A DNA stretch of 64,000 bases from Vicugna vicugna (taxonomy: Eukaryota): positions 299,852 to 363,851 of the forward strand of contig MU057822.1 of the NCBI GenBank assembly GCA_013265495.1. The letters are read 5' to 3'. Made by a program: the position numbers and the translations under genes. Under the pieces are notes generated by a model that ran no database searches, was not told the DNA's origin, and saw only the letters and a list, made by a program, of their open reading frames with translations. Positions 1 to 12,356 of the stretch are shown one piece after another (position 1 is the stretch's first letter; every line of letters begins with the position of its first letter).

Positions 1-155
1 CAATTTACAACGTTGTGTCAATTTCCAGGATAGGCACAATTTTTCAGTTATACATGAACATACATGTATTCATTGTCGCATTCTATTTTGCTGTGAGCTA
101 CAGTCTATTCCTAGTCTTTTGAGGAATCTCCATACTGTTTTCCACAGTGGCTGCA
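1..155 (-). mobile_element. LINE-1 3' fragment with internal deletion
   Basis: 1-101 resembles the L1 3' UTR at ~24035-24133. 102-155 is nearly identical to the ORF2 segment at ~22883-22936. Confidence 0.85.
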
Positions 156-560
156 AGAAGGTGCTTAATTTTAATGCTGCTGAATTTACTAGTTCTTTCC
201 TGTGTGGATTTTACTTTTTGTGTCTTGGTTTCTTCCCTGCCATCAGAAAGCTACTGTTGGATATTGTTTTCTAAAAATGTTATGGTTTTGCCTTTCACAT
301 ATGTATTGAATTCACTGAAATTGGTTGGTGTATGGTGTGAGGTAGGAGTTCAACTTTACGCTTTGATTTCTGCCCCCACATGTAACTATTGACTGCATCA
401 TTCATTGACAAGTCTGTCCTTTCACCACTGACTTATAAAACTACATTTCTATAGGTACATACTACAGGTATGTGTTGATCTGTTCCTGACCTTTCTTTGT
501 TTCATTGGTTGGTTTGTCTGTCCTTGAACTGGTATCACACTGTCTTGATTTTTATGATTA
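156..560 (-). mobile_element. Ancient L1M ORF2 fragment
   Basis: Degenerate antisense L1 motifs (gtatggtgtgaggtagg; ccttgaactggtatcacactgtcttgatt). Confidence 0.6.
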
Positions 561-2399
561 AATGTATCAAATGCAAAAGTGCAAATCAGAAGTAAAGTAT
601 ACCCACCATTCACTCTGTTTTCACGTTTGATATCTCTAATTTCTGAAAAGCCTCATATCTACTTTTAGATCTTGTTATAATAACCTGAAATGCTGAAAAT
701 TAACCTTACTTCTTTTTGTCCCCAGCAGATATAACAATAACCTTACAGTCTTCAAATTATTTCTGCTTTTCACCATCCTGTTTATTTTTGCTAATACTCC
801 TGTCCTGATTTCATTATCATTACATCTGATACCTCCCTCACGTCTAGTCAGTGGTCCACATCTTTTGCTTTGACTGGCTTTCCACCACCTTAGGTCAAGT
901 TCTTGTTCCTAGACTATTGCCTTAGTCTGCTGCTGCTGGAATTGAACATCTTTTGTGTCCACCTGCACTTCAGCCTAGTTATTTGTCCTGGAAACAACTG
1001 CTATGTTAGTCTTCACAAAGCTCAGCTCATTGCATTGATTCTCTTATGGGTATGACAATATCTTAGGAACAACAAGCACCTCAGGGCTTATTTTCCAGTC
1101 GGAAGAGAGCTTGCTCACAACAAAGAATTGAAGAAGAATGAAATAACAAACACTGAAGCCTAAGCTTATGTATGATTTTACCTTATAAACAGTACTTTAT
1201 AAATTTAGGAAATAACCAATAATTTTATTATATTTACCTTGATAATATATTGCAGATTAATTAAGTAAATACTAATGAAGTGTCACAAACCAATTTTGTA
1301 AGGGATTATACATTATCTCCTTTGTTAGTGGGATTAGCATTAAATTTATAATTGAATATAACATACGTGTGTTCAAAGTGTACTTATCAAGAATAATGTT
1401 CATTTAAAAAGATTGATGCAAAAAATAATGTTGAATCAGAATACCTTATTGCATAGAATAAGTTAACTGAAAAACACTATAATATACTGTTGATAATGAA
1501 ACTAAACTAAGATTAAATTAAACAATTAAAGGTATAGGAAGCAGTAACTGGAAATCTTGACTGACAGGTCAGCACTACTCACTTGAATAACAAAGCATCC
1601 TTTAAAGTTTCAGATACTATGTATGTATATGTATTCATTTATGCATTGCAGTGGCTTTGCACTGTTGCAAAATGGTGTGGCAGATGGAGTTTAGATAGGA
1701 CAGAATGTTAAGTTAAATTCATACACTAATTTTTAATGATTAATTTTATTTACTATTCCTAATTTATTGTGTTACTATTAAGCTCAGGCTTTTGTGTAAA
1801 AAAAAAAAATAGTCCTCAAACTGCATGTTGATTAATTAGTAATTGAGTAAAGGATTTTGTATTCTGTTTTCAGTCTGAAGCTCACCAGGAGGATCCTTTG
1901 GCTTACCAATGGCCAAAGAGAAATATTCTTTGGGAAACATTGATTAATAAGTAATTAAAGCAGACTTCCTTAACTAATGTTTAAGTACCCAGTCTTGCCT
2001 ATTGTCTGTTCATTAGAAATTACTAGTAGTTTCCCCACTTTGCTCATATAGTCACCCTCTTCCTGAAATGCATTTCACCTTTCATTCAACTCAGGTACTT
2101 AACCCATTTCCATTCCCAGGGTCTAGAATGTGTCTTCTACTTTGCCTCTTGTTAAGATGAGTTCCATTTCAAATTTCCCTTGTTTCATGAGACAATTGCT
2201 CTTCATCCCCAAACAAATGTTTCCCTTTCTAAGCACTGTAGCACTGAAGAGTCTTAACTTTTAGTCATTTGTGAATTTGTCGTACTCCTCTTGTGAACTT
2301 GTGGTACCCCTCTTGTTACATCAGCAAAATGGCCACAATCTATATACCCTTAGACAAAAGGACTATGTCTTTTTGTTCTGTATCAAGGGTTAGAGGGGT

Positions 2400-2760
2400 T
2401 GTATTAATTCTCCATTGATGTATTACAAATTACCTAAAATTCAGTGGATTAAAACATTTATTATCTCATAGTTTTCATAGGCCAGGGAACCGGGTATGAG
2501 TCAGTTGAATCTTCTGGCTCTGGGTTCCTCATAATGCTGCAGTCAAGGTGTTGGCTGGCACTGCAGTTATCTCAAGGCTCAGTTGCGGGTAGATCTGCTT
2601 CCACGTTCACACAAGTTGTTGTTGGCAGGTTTCTGTTCCTCACATGCTGTTGACCGAGTCCCCACTCAGTTTTTTTGTCACACAGGCCTCTCCGTAGGTC
2701 AGCGCGCAACATGGTGGTTGGCTTCATCAGAGGGAACAAGTAAGGTGATGATAACAGATA
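2400..2760 (-). mobile_element. MaLR (MLT1-type) LTR fragment
   Basis: tgtatta...acaaattacctaaaattcagtggattaaaacatttattatctcatagttt is the typical antisense MLT1 end. Confidence 0.7.
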
Positions 2761-2769
2761 AACTATATG

Positions 2770-3155
2770 TGTAGTGGATGTTACTGTCTCCTGCCCAGAA
2801 GGAAACAGTCATACTCCAGCCTGTTGGGAATGTTGCCTGCTGATAACCCAGCTAAGTTGCTTTCTGGGAAAGCTTAGCTAAAAGAGATAACTTTCCCAAG
2901 TTAATCCCCTTCCCTGGAGGCCACCTGCATCTGTTGACTGGTGGCTTGGGAAGGGATGGGTTGGTATAAAGGCTTGAACTTGTTTCTTAATTTGGGAATT
3001 CTCTGAAAGGCCATTCCAGTTTGAGATTGACTGAAGCCTTTCATCATCTTCTGCTTAGTCCTGTTTCCCTCACTCTTGTTTTTGGAAGCACTTCCTAGTA
3101 AACCTTGTACGAATGTGTCTCAGAATCCATTTCCTAGGCAATCTGACCCAGGATA
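2770..3155 (+). mobile_element. ERVL LTR (LTR16-like)
   Basis: Starts tgtagtggatg and ends gtctcagaatccatttcctaggcaatctgacccaggata, like LTR16/LTR33 termini. Confidence 0.6.
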
Positions 3156-3996
3156 CTAGGCATTGTGTAACCCAGCACAGGAAGATAGAAGACTTCCTGC
3201 CTTACCTGGTTGTGTGTGTTTGTACATGAATCCAGAGTCATTTCTCACAAATGGAAGTACATATGGCTCCATGTGTGTGGCTTCTGTTCCTCCAGAGCAG
3301 CCGTATTTTCTCCATTGCTTATTTGAGGCCACATTTGGAATACGTGACTATCACAAGAGGACCACAGTATTCATATCATTTAAGGATTAGCCTCCACATC
3401 TCACCCCACATATCCTTAAAATTAAGGCTCCTGAAATGTTGAGCCTTTCTAATCTCCTGCGTTACAATAAGATAATGAAGAGAAGTGAAGACTCTACTCA
3501 GCTTCAAGGACCCACCCATCTCACTCCCACTGATAATGGGTGATCTGTGGTGACCTTATTGATTGAGGTAGGGAGGAGGCTAAGCTCTCTCCAGTAAGGT
3601 TTAAAACATAAGACAAACATGATAAACAAAACTGTTAGAACAAATACAGGAGAATACCAAGGTAGAGAATTTATTAGGTACAGATAATACTCATAAAAGG
3701 GAAAAATTGACAAATACGGCTGTATCAAAACCAAAAATTCGTTGGTCACAAGGAGAGCTAGGACAGACGGGGTGTGGGTGTGGGTGCCCACCAGTGTGTG
3801 ACATAAGGAGAAGAATAAGAATTGTTCAGTTTGGGGAGGAAGGCTGATGGACTGGTAATAGGGGGAGAGTTGTTTACTAGTGTACTTGGTGGCAGTGTAG
3901 GATGAATTGGAACTTTTGGAATCATCTGTGGGGAAAACTTCCTTGATACTAAGCTATTTAACTCATGGACTACTTTCACTTAAGAATGGGTGAAGT

Positions 3997-4137
3997 GGGG
4001 GAGGCTGTAGCTTAGCGATAGAGTGTGTACCTAGCATGCACAAAGTCCTGGATTCAGTCCCCAGGACCTCCATTAAAGATAAGTAAAAACCTAATCCCCC
4101 CAACTAAAAATTCAAAACCAAAAACAACAACAGCAAA
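3997..4137 (+). mobile_element. tRNA-Ala-derived SINE (camelid vic-1-like)
   Basis: A/B-box tRNA head, A-rich tail, imperfect TSD aagaatgg(g/t)tga at 3982 and 4138. Confidence 0.88.
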
Positions 4138-4653
4138 AAGAATGGTTGAGATTATTGGAATTATTGGAACACTCTTTGAGTGAGTAATTACTTTCATTAT
4201 CTGTAACATCAAAAAGTGGTTTTAATTTGAAAGCATATTTGTCTGCTTTGTAATTTTTTAGGCCTTTTAAAAAAATTAAGTTGTGTAGCCACATAGAAAA
4301 TTAACAGTTTAATTCTAGTTTTAGAAATAATGGAATAAGACACTTAATATCTTTAGAGGCAAACCATCTCGATTTGTAGGTTAGAAATCAAGAATAATTA
4401 AGAGTAGATTTGAGACAAAAACCAGATACTTAAATTATTTCATAAAGACATAATTGATATAATTTCAATTCATATAAAAAGTGTGATTTTTTAATACTAT
4501 TACACAACAGAAGATTTATTTTAAGCTGGAAATGGGATATGCTTACAAAATGTCAGGGACTGTTTTAGGTCAGCACCATTTACTTGGAGTGTTACGCAGG
4601 TAATTCAGGTTCACACTTACCTTTCTAGAGAAAACAACAAACTTGCTTTTTCT

Positions 4654-4805
4654 TTTTTTTAAAATTTTTATTTATTTATTTTTTTGGTGGGGGGAGGTAA
4701 TCAGTTTATCGATTGATTGATTTTTAATGGTGGTACTAGGGATTGAACCCTGGACCTCATGCATGCCAGGCACATACTCTACCACTGAGCTATACCCTCC
4801 TCCCC
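4654..4805 (-). mobile_element. tRNA-Ala-derived SINE
   Basis: Reverse-complement tRNA head. Perfect 16-bp TSD caaacttgctttttct at 4638-4653 and 4806-4821. Confidence 0.92.
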
Positions 4806-5590
4806 CAAACTTGCTTTTTCTGTACTGAGGCCTTTTCTCTGTTTAGAATACATTTTATTCAAAGGGAGGGAAATAGATTTTTTTCTGTTCCTGCTGAAGA
4901 AGCTAATGCTAATAGTTCACCATTAAAAGGCTCAATTTGCCTATTTTAGGTAGGTAATGACTTTCATTAGTCAGTCCTCTTTGGAGCATTTTTCTTTAAA
5001 ACCTCACATGGAAACAGTTTAGTTCTTAAATGGTTCTTTTGTGGCCCTGAAATTTCTTGTTCATTTAGTAGGGGAATGATTACTGAATGCCCAGACTCTA
5101 TACGCGGTTCTGTTTCAGCTCTTGAGAGGTTAATTGGCCAGGAGTTAATTTGGGGATGTTGTCTTTGGAAAAATACTCGAGTTACATAACCTGAAAGTTA
5201 CAGTCCTAATTGTAACGATGTCTCTTGAGTATCATCAGTCTGTGTGTTTATATTTTCTAATAAAAAGTGTGCACATATGTATATCTGTGTGCAAACAGTA
5301 GAACCTGAGGCTGGTGAAGGTGGTATATTCATACTCGATGGATTCAGTTCTTTGTTGGGGGCCATTTACATTGATTGGTACAAGCCCTTTGGAGAGAAAT
5401 TTAGCAGTCATTCTACTTTTCAGGAACCGTCTTAGGGACGTAGTCTCCATAAGGGAAACAGGTACATGTTTGGCCACAGATATGCCCATAGCTGTCTTCC
5501 TACCCACAACAGAGCTTTGGTATAGTTGAATTTGGGTGATTGTAAGATTGGTAAATTCATTCAGGGCTTTGAAAGACACACCAAACTTTT

Positions 5591-5718
5591 TTTCTTTCCT
5601 TCTTTCTCCCTTTCTTTCTCTTTCTTTCTTCCTTCCTTCCTCCCTTCCTTCCTTCCTTCCTCTCTTCCTTCCTCTCTTTCTCTCTCTCTCTTTCCCTCCG
5701 TCCCTCTCTTCCTTCCTT
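5591..5718. repeat. Compound (CTTT/CCTT/CT)n polypyrimidine microsatellite
   Basis: About 130 nt, almost purely C/T. Confidence 0.95.
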
Positions 5719-6537
5719 AATTTTTATTTTTAATTTTAGTTGTTTTGCACACTGAACTTTTAACATGTCTGGTGTGAGTTAAATATTTACCATAGCTCCA
5801 AGTACATTTGGCTTCTGTGTTAGGAGTTTAAAATGACATCCCTTGGATTCCCAGTCATCTCCTATTTGAACTTTTTGTGCCCAGCATAGTGCTTGGCAGA
5901 TGATACAGCTTTCGGAGTATCTGGAGTGTTTGATCTGATGTAATGGTAATTGGTATTCTCCTCTCTGCAACTCCTGCATATGCAAAGGACACATTAATAT
6001 AATAAAAGCTCTGAAAGGTCCAGTCATTTAATGAGACTTTTTTTTCCCCTTTAAACTTGAAACTAGTGTTTTTCTAGGAAACTCTGCTGCTTATTAATTA
6101 GTTCTGTGACCTTGTCTCACTTTTCTCTGTAAAAATGGGGGAAACTCCTTCATATGGTGGTTGTGAGCATTTCACATAAGTTTGTAAACCACTTTGTATG
6201 CTGCTTGGCACATAGTAAGCACCTGATAAGGTGGTAGTTGTTTTTATTTAGATGTGATTCTTGACTTCTGGGCTTACTGAAGACATGAGACCAGCAGATA
6301 CAAAACAACAGGAGACTAATTAGGAGAGAAGGTCAGTTGTGGGAGGCTTCATGAAGGAAATAGGTTTGGACTGAACCAAGAGAATTGGATAAAATTCATC
6401 AAGTTGAGAAGTATGGTAATCTTAAATTGCTTATCTGCCTATCCTTGAATATTTGTAAATTTCTGAAGCACTTGGTTATTGACTGTACGTGTAACATAAG
6501 TAGAAAAGACATTTGGAATATTGAAAATCTAAATTAA

Positions 6538-6724
6538 GGCTGTATAATAGGACTTTCTTCGCTGATGGAAATATTCACAGTCCAATATGGCAGTCACAAG
6601 CCGTATTGAGCCCTTGAAATGTGAGTAGTGTGACTGAGGAACTAAATTTAAAATTTTACTAAATAACTGTAACTTAAATTTAAAATGAAATGGTCGTATG
6701 TGGCTACCATATTGGACAAGCACA
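6538..6724. mobile_element. MER3-like hAT-Charlie MITE
   Basis: gtccaatatggcagtcac...gtggctaccatattggaca internal inverted motifs and ttgaaatgtg...gtgactgaggaact. Confidence 0.75.
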
Positions 6725-6844
6725 AAAGTGAGCTTAATGCAAAATGAATAATTTGTTTCTCAAGAAATAGAATATGGGTAAAAATTGCTAATCAATTTTT
6801 TAAATTTATAGATTCATTATATAATGCTGTTTGCTTTCTTGTAG

Positions 6845-9800
6845 GTCTCCAACTGAGAAACATGGCACTGTTTTTCCTGCACTCTACCCACCTATTGCTG
6901 GACTTCTGTTGTAACAAGTTGGCAAACACTGGCTGGAACTGGGCTGCAATAAAACATGCCAGTATCAATGCTGACAAGAGCCTAACAAGTGCCAACTTAC
7001 AGATGATTACGCATTTTGAATTCTAATGAACTGTTTTAACCTTCAGGAAGAATTGTAAAGACCTGTACATAGCACAGCGTGATCCGGATAATATATATAC
7101 TGTTCATGTACATCCACAAATACACCTTGTACCAAATAATGCTTTCTTGTAGTAGAGTAAGAATCATGTAAATTCTAAAAGGTTTTAGCAGGTTTTCTTT
7201 CCCTATTCATTGTTTTTTATCAGTTTTAAGAGACTCCTTAAAGCATGTCAGATGAAAAGCAATTAGGATTAAAAGTTTCCATTTAATTTCCTTTAAACCA
7301 TTGAGGCTTCATTAAACTCTTTTCACTTACTAAACTTTTGTATCTTTGTTTTGACACGCTCCCCTTTGCTTTTATCTCTGCCAGAAAGTTTTCAAATCAT
7401 TTAGTTCAAATACTGAAATAGTCAATAAGCAACTACTTGAGTTTTCATGATGACTTCAGAGGAATGGTCATCACTAGGTGCTTTGTCCCTTTTGTATTAT
7501 GCTTGTACCCGTCTCTTGGATTGGATGTAGCAATAACCTTTTTTTTTGTTGTTGAGAGCTCTTGAATTCAGTCGTTATCCCTGAGAACTAAGAGGAGTTG
7601 GTTCTGAAATCAATTTGGATTTCAAATTACTCAGATTTACCCCAAACAGTACAAAATTCTGATTTGGTTTTATTTTTGCCATTCAGTTACTTAATGTGAA
7701 GGTTGGATGAATAAAGCATGCACAACTACAGGCTTTTTACTTAACTTCGGGGTTTGCTATTAAAAGTGCTGTTTGCCCTCATACCCTTCTTAGCCCTATA
7801 TTTCTTTGCCTCTATTCTTCTATACTGCAGATTTTTCTCACTTATTGTACAAAGAAATTGCAATGTATATTTTCATGTAATTTGATTTTGGAATTCTGTC
7901 ACCTTATGTAGTGAGTTCTTCCAAAATATAATTTTTTTCCAATAATTGTCAAGTCGTTGGCTTTTATTGTATTGAATGAAGGTTATAATACTGAGTGCTA
8001 CAGAAGTGCAGTTTAGAAAAATCTCAGGTTGATTCCTTATGCAAACAAACAATACTTGAAAATCACATGGCCATAGCAGTGTACGTATTGGGCTCTATAT
8101 AGATTCTTAAATGAATCTCAAAGCATTACAGGTGTGTAAATGCTTTGCTGTTTGACATAGATTCTGTCAATGACATAGTGCACTTGAATTTTATTAATGT
8201 TTGAGCATAGTATATTTCATATCATGTTTTTAAAAATAATTTCAGGAAATGGTAAAATGAGAGGTGTAGTGTTAAAGGCAGGCCCAGATTCCTCTGTGTT
8301 TGGTGTGAGGTTGGGACTGGGAAGTAGTCTTTGGAATATTAGGGACAGAACTTGAGATGGTACCAGATAGAACATGGTGTTTAATTGTGAGAATCAGTGA
8401 GAATTGGTGCATCTCCGCTTTGTGGGGTTTGGAGAGATGCTTTGGCAGAAGAGTGAAAGGATTCCTGCAAGTAGCCAGTCCTTTACACAGTTCTTTACGA
8501 ACTTTGCATGTCCTTTTTTAAGTAGAAGTAAAATAATTGAGGATATAGTCACAGTAAGGAGTGGTTTTTCTAAATTTCAGTCTGTTCTTCACTCTGAAGC
8601 ATTATAAAACCCATAGATGTGTAATGACCGAATGTGAAATTGTTTGATTCATTGCAGCCCAATTTTCTTCAAGAACTTCGCTTATGACTTTGTATTTTCA
8701 AAGACTCTGTAAGAATTGTTGATGCAAAGTGCCAGTACTGCATACCTACCTGGAACTTTGAAGGTGATCCCTTTTACTCTTAAGTCCGAAATCGTTCACA
8801 TGGTGGTGGTTTGTGGCAAGATGGAGTCTGAAGTTTGCTCTCCTATTGCTGTAATTCTGTTAGCAATCTGTTGAGTTAAAACATGGGATTTAACTCTTCA
8901 GGGAGGAGCAAATGACCTAGTAACTCAGGGACAGCTATTCTTGAACTTCAAGTGCCACTTAAATGCAGTTACTTTGGTATAACCATGTGTTTTTTAGGGC
9001 TAGATCTAGGAGAGCAGAAAAGGGGCCAAGAAGGAGTGCCCTTCTCTTCACCCTCCTTTCCACCTGGTGCCCCGACCCTGCTACACGTGGAAACACAGGC
9101 CTCGAGAGACGTTTTGGCTTCTTTTCCTCTGTCAGAAGTGTCATCTGTGCCTTTCCCAGTGTTCATCTGACAGTGTGAATCCTGATGCCTTTACATTTGA
9201 TGTTAAACCACACTCAAGTGACACCAATACAGGTGGCTTTTGTCCCAGCCATGCCTCATCGTCAGCATGAGGTGAGTCCTCTCTACTTTAGGAAAAGAAC
9301 TTTTCTCCCTGACCTTGTGCCAACTATCAACAACACCTACATAGTCTTATGAACTGTAGAACTGTTGCCTGTTTCCTAAATATATTTCAAATTCTTGTAA
9401 AGGCTTATTGATTTCAGTCTGCTCATAATGGGATGGATGATCCTCAGTGACTTTCTGGCCTCTGTGAGTTGAAAATCCAAATGAGGTTGGTTTCCTTGTC
9501 ATTACAAGGTAATACCTTTGTGAGGTTATTCCACTAGTTCTGTGATCACTTGGGTGTCATAGTATCTTTAACAGTCTTCATTCTTGGTTGTGAAATTTTA
9601 TTTTATATGCTCATTCACTCTCTGCAAATCTGCCCATTTTGGGTTGTGGTGCCTGTGTATCTTTGCCCGTCTGGTCTCCTCCAGTTGTTGGAATTACCTT
9701 TTTTGTACTGCTACTTCTCAGCATCTTTGAAATTTGACATAATGTTGCTTCATTCCAGTTTTTTTCTTTCCTTTTTTTTTTCTTTTTTAGTTCTGCAATT

Positions 9801-10190
9801 TGTTGATTGTATTTAACTATGTGAGTTCTGTTGTGATGTTTACTGTATTGTAAAGCACCTCGATCATGTGATGGGTGCTCTATAAATCAATAAATGATGA
9901 CTTAGAGGCTGTATCATGAGCTATTTTGGTTTTAGGATGCAGGTCTTAAAAGCAAGTTGTGGAATTCTTTCTGTATAAACAGCACATGATACCATAGGGC
10001 CCACAGGGGAAACTTGGTAAAGAATTTTTAAAATTTAAAGAGGGAATCAGAGGGTGGGAAGTTCACTTGACTTCTAACCTGATCTAATGGTCTTAAAAAT
10101 TCCAGTGTGGGGCCAACCACCATTCTTAAGAGTTTCCGTGCATGCTGATTTAGAACTTTAAATAAAACGAGCACATGTTAGAGCATTATT
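6845..10190 (+). other. UBE2G1: UBE2G1 terminal exon (entirely 3' UTR); 3' end approximate
   Basis: Acceptor tttgctttcttgtAG ends at 6844. The following sequence (gtctccaactgagaaacatggcactgtttttcctgcactctacccacc...) matches my recollection of the mammalian UBE2G1 3' UTR. It is a repeat-poor, U-rich 3.3 kb block with AATAAA at 6948, 7710, 9889 and 10161. The position upstream of and in tandem with ANKFY1 fits human 17p13.2 synteny. No UBE2G1 coding exon lies in the window. Confidence 0.8.
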
Positions 10191-12245
10191 GGGGATTTTG
10201 TCTTTGGTGTAGACTGGCTCTACCATGAAGATAAGCTAAAAGGTGAAGAACTCAGACTCCATCTCAATCACCAGCGTCCCTCGTCTAAACAGATGGGCAA
10301 ATTTGGCCCAAATAGCTGCACAGTATCACTTAGTAAGTTAGTGCAAATAAGACTAGACTGAGTACTTTTTTCCTTTAAAATGTTTTCCCTTTTTTCAAAT
10401 TAAAATTTTTTATTTATTGGAGGACTGCAAACCCCAACAAGATTCAGGGTGTCAGTATCCAGCTTTTCACCCTGCATCCTTTCATGTAGTTTATATGGAT
10501 TTACATGTTAGGTGTTGAAAGCCTGTCTGTCTCCATATAAGTTGCCAGTGGTTTTAAGTCCTTTTCCTTGCAGACTCCAAGAACATGGAGCCAGACCTCT
10601 TAATCACAAGAAGAAAATCCTCCTTGAGAGCAGTTTGAGGGATATGGGAACTCATTTTCAGACATTAATTTTCCTGATAAATACATTTGAAATGAAACCA
10701 TTATAGAAGGGTCTAGATGATGTCCCTAAACTTTAAATACCAATTTGAAGCATAATCATCTACTTAAGATATAGAGCAAAAAACTTTTATTTGCATGCCA
10801 TTTCCAATGAAAGTGAACATCTTCTGACTGACCTTAGGCTTTGAGGAAGGACCAGTTGACTTTCTTCCTCCCTCTCATAAAGATAGGGTTGGAAACACCT
10901 CACCAGATTAAAATCTTTTATTTTCTGGAGGACTGCAAATCCCAACAGGATTCAGTTTGCAAAGCAAAGTATTTCCAGGATAAGGCATTTTTGGTTGCTC
11001 AGTTTGATGGTGTAACCTGGCCACTAAGGACTAGGCTTCTTGTCTCATTGAGTCTACACACCCCACTGAGCTGCAGTGAAACAATGAAAGACTTTGATTC
11101 CTATTCACATAGGTGGAAAAAAACTGAAGGAGAAGGAAAAGGCTTTCACCAAAGGCAGCCAGATATGTCTTAGACTTAGGAGCTGCACAGAAAGTCATAG
11201 GCAGCATACTTAGTTTTCCTCTCCCAGCAGTCTGTTTGGGAACAAGCATAATAGTGCTTGTGTGTTCACAATGACATCTTTATTCCTAACGAGCACCAGA
11301 AATCAAGTTCCTATTTCCTTGAGTCTCCACTTTGTGTCAGGCTTATGCTAGATGTGTTTCATAAAGGATCTACTCCAGTTCTTACAAGGATCCTCAAAGT
11401 AATAGTGTCTCATGCAGAAACAGGCTTAATTTGTTGAGATGGTACAGCAAGGAAGTTTCATGGCCAGGGTTCAGTTTCACAACCTCCCTTTCATACTGGG
11501 TGCCATTACCTCTTAACCTCAGGAACATTTTTTCCAAGGTCACACAGAGAGTGAGTGTGTTGAGGCTGGTAAATGAGCCCATTCCCTCCCTGTCTTCTTC
11601 TACCATGATATGGCACTGTCTCCGCAGAGAGTCTGTTCCGCTATGTCCTTAAGCCAGGCAGCATTTAGCCCTTCTTGCACTTCATGCTCCCTGTCCAAGA
11701 CGACTCCACATAAAGTTCCTCTAAATGAGACTAAGAAAACATGAACTAGGTCTAAAACGAACCATGTTCTAGTGCTCAGATTTTCCAGAATGTTAATATT
11801 TCAGGTCATATCCAAAGCTGTAGCTTCCATCCAAGCCTGTTGGGTGTTGAAATTCACTGAGGACTACAGTTGCTTTATTTTACAAGATGTATCAAGTCCT
11901 CTAGCTCAGGAGTTTCCAGCCAGTTACGAGCCTACTCAGAAGACAAGGCTCCAGAGATAGGATTATATTAACAGACATTGCCAAGAAGAGTGCTTTCACC
12001 TCTCCTAGAGGGCTTCTTAAGGGTAGGTTGTGATGAGGTAGTGAAGCCCTCTAGTTAATTAAATTCTTTAAGGTGAGTTCGCATTTGACTGTGGGAATCT
12101 ACTCCAAGCAAACTGAAAGGGCACAGATTTGTTTATTCCTGCATGTGTGCTGCTGAGGGAGAGGGTCCCTGGTTTTCATCAGATTTTCAAAGGAGGTCAT
12201 GACCAAATCATTAAGAACCACGCATTCTAGTCCAACTCCCTTTTG

Positions 12246-12356
12246 GTTTCTCTATTTTTATTTTTATTTTATTTTCAAATGGAGGTCCTGGGAATTGAAC
12301 CAAGTACCTTGTGCATGCTCAGCATGCGCTCTATCAGCTGAGCTATACCCCCACCT
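12246..12356 (-). mobile_element. tRNA-Ala-derived SINE
   Basis: Reverse-complement tRNA head. TSD tccaactcccttttg at 12231-12245 and 12357-12371. Confidence 0.9.

Noticed and set aside
1861..1960. Possible cassette exon in the UBE2G1 last intron (ttttcAG at 1873)
   Set aside because: Weak downstream donor and no independent support from sequence alone.
5526..5766. Low-complexity ORFs (FLPS/ERK repeats)
   Set aside because: Translations of the CT microsatellite.
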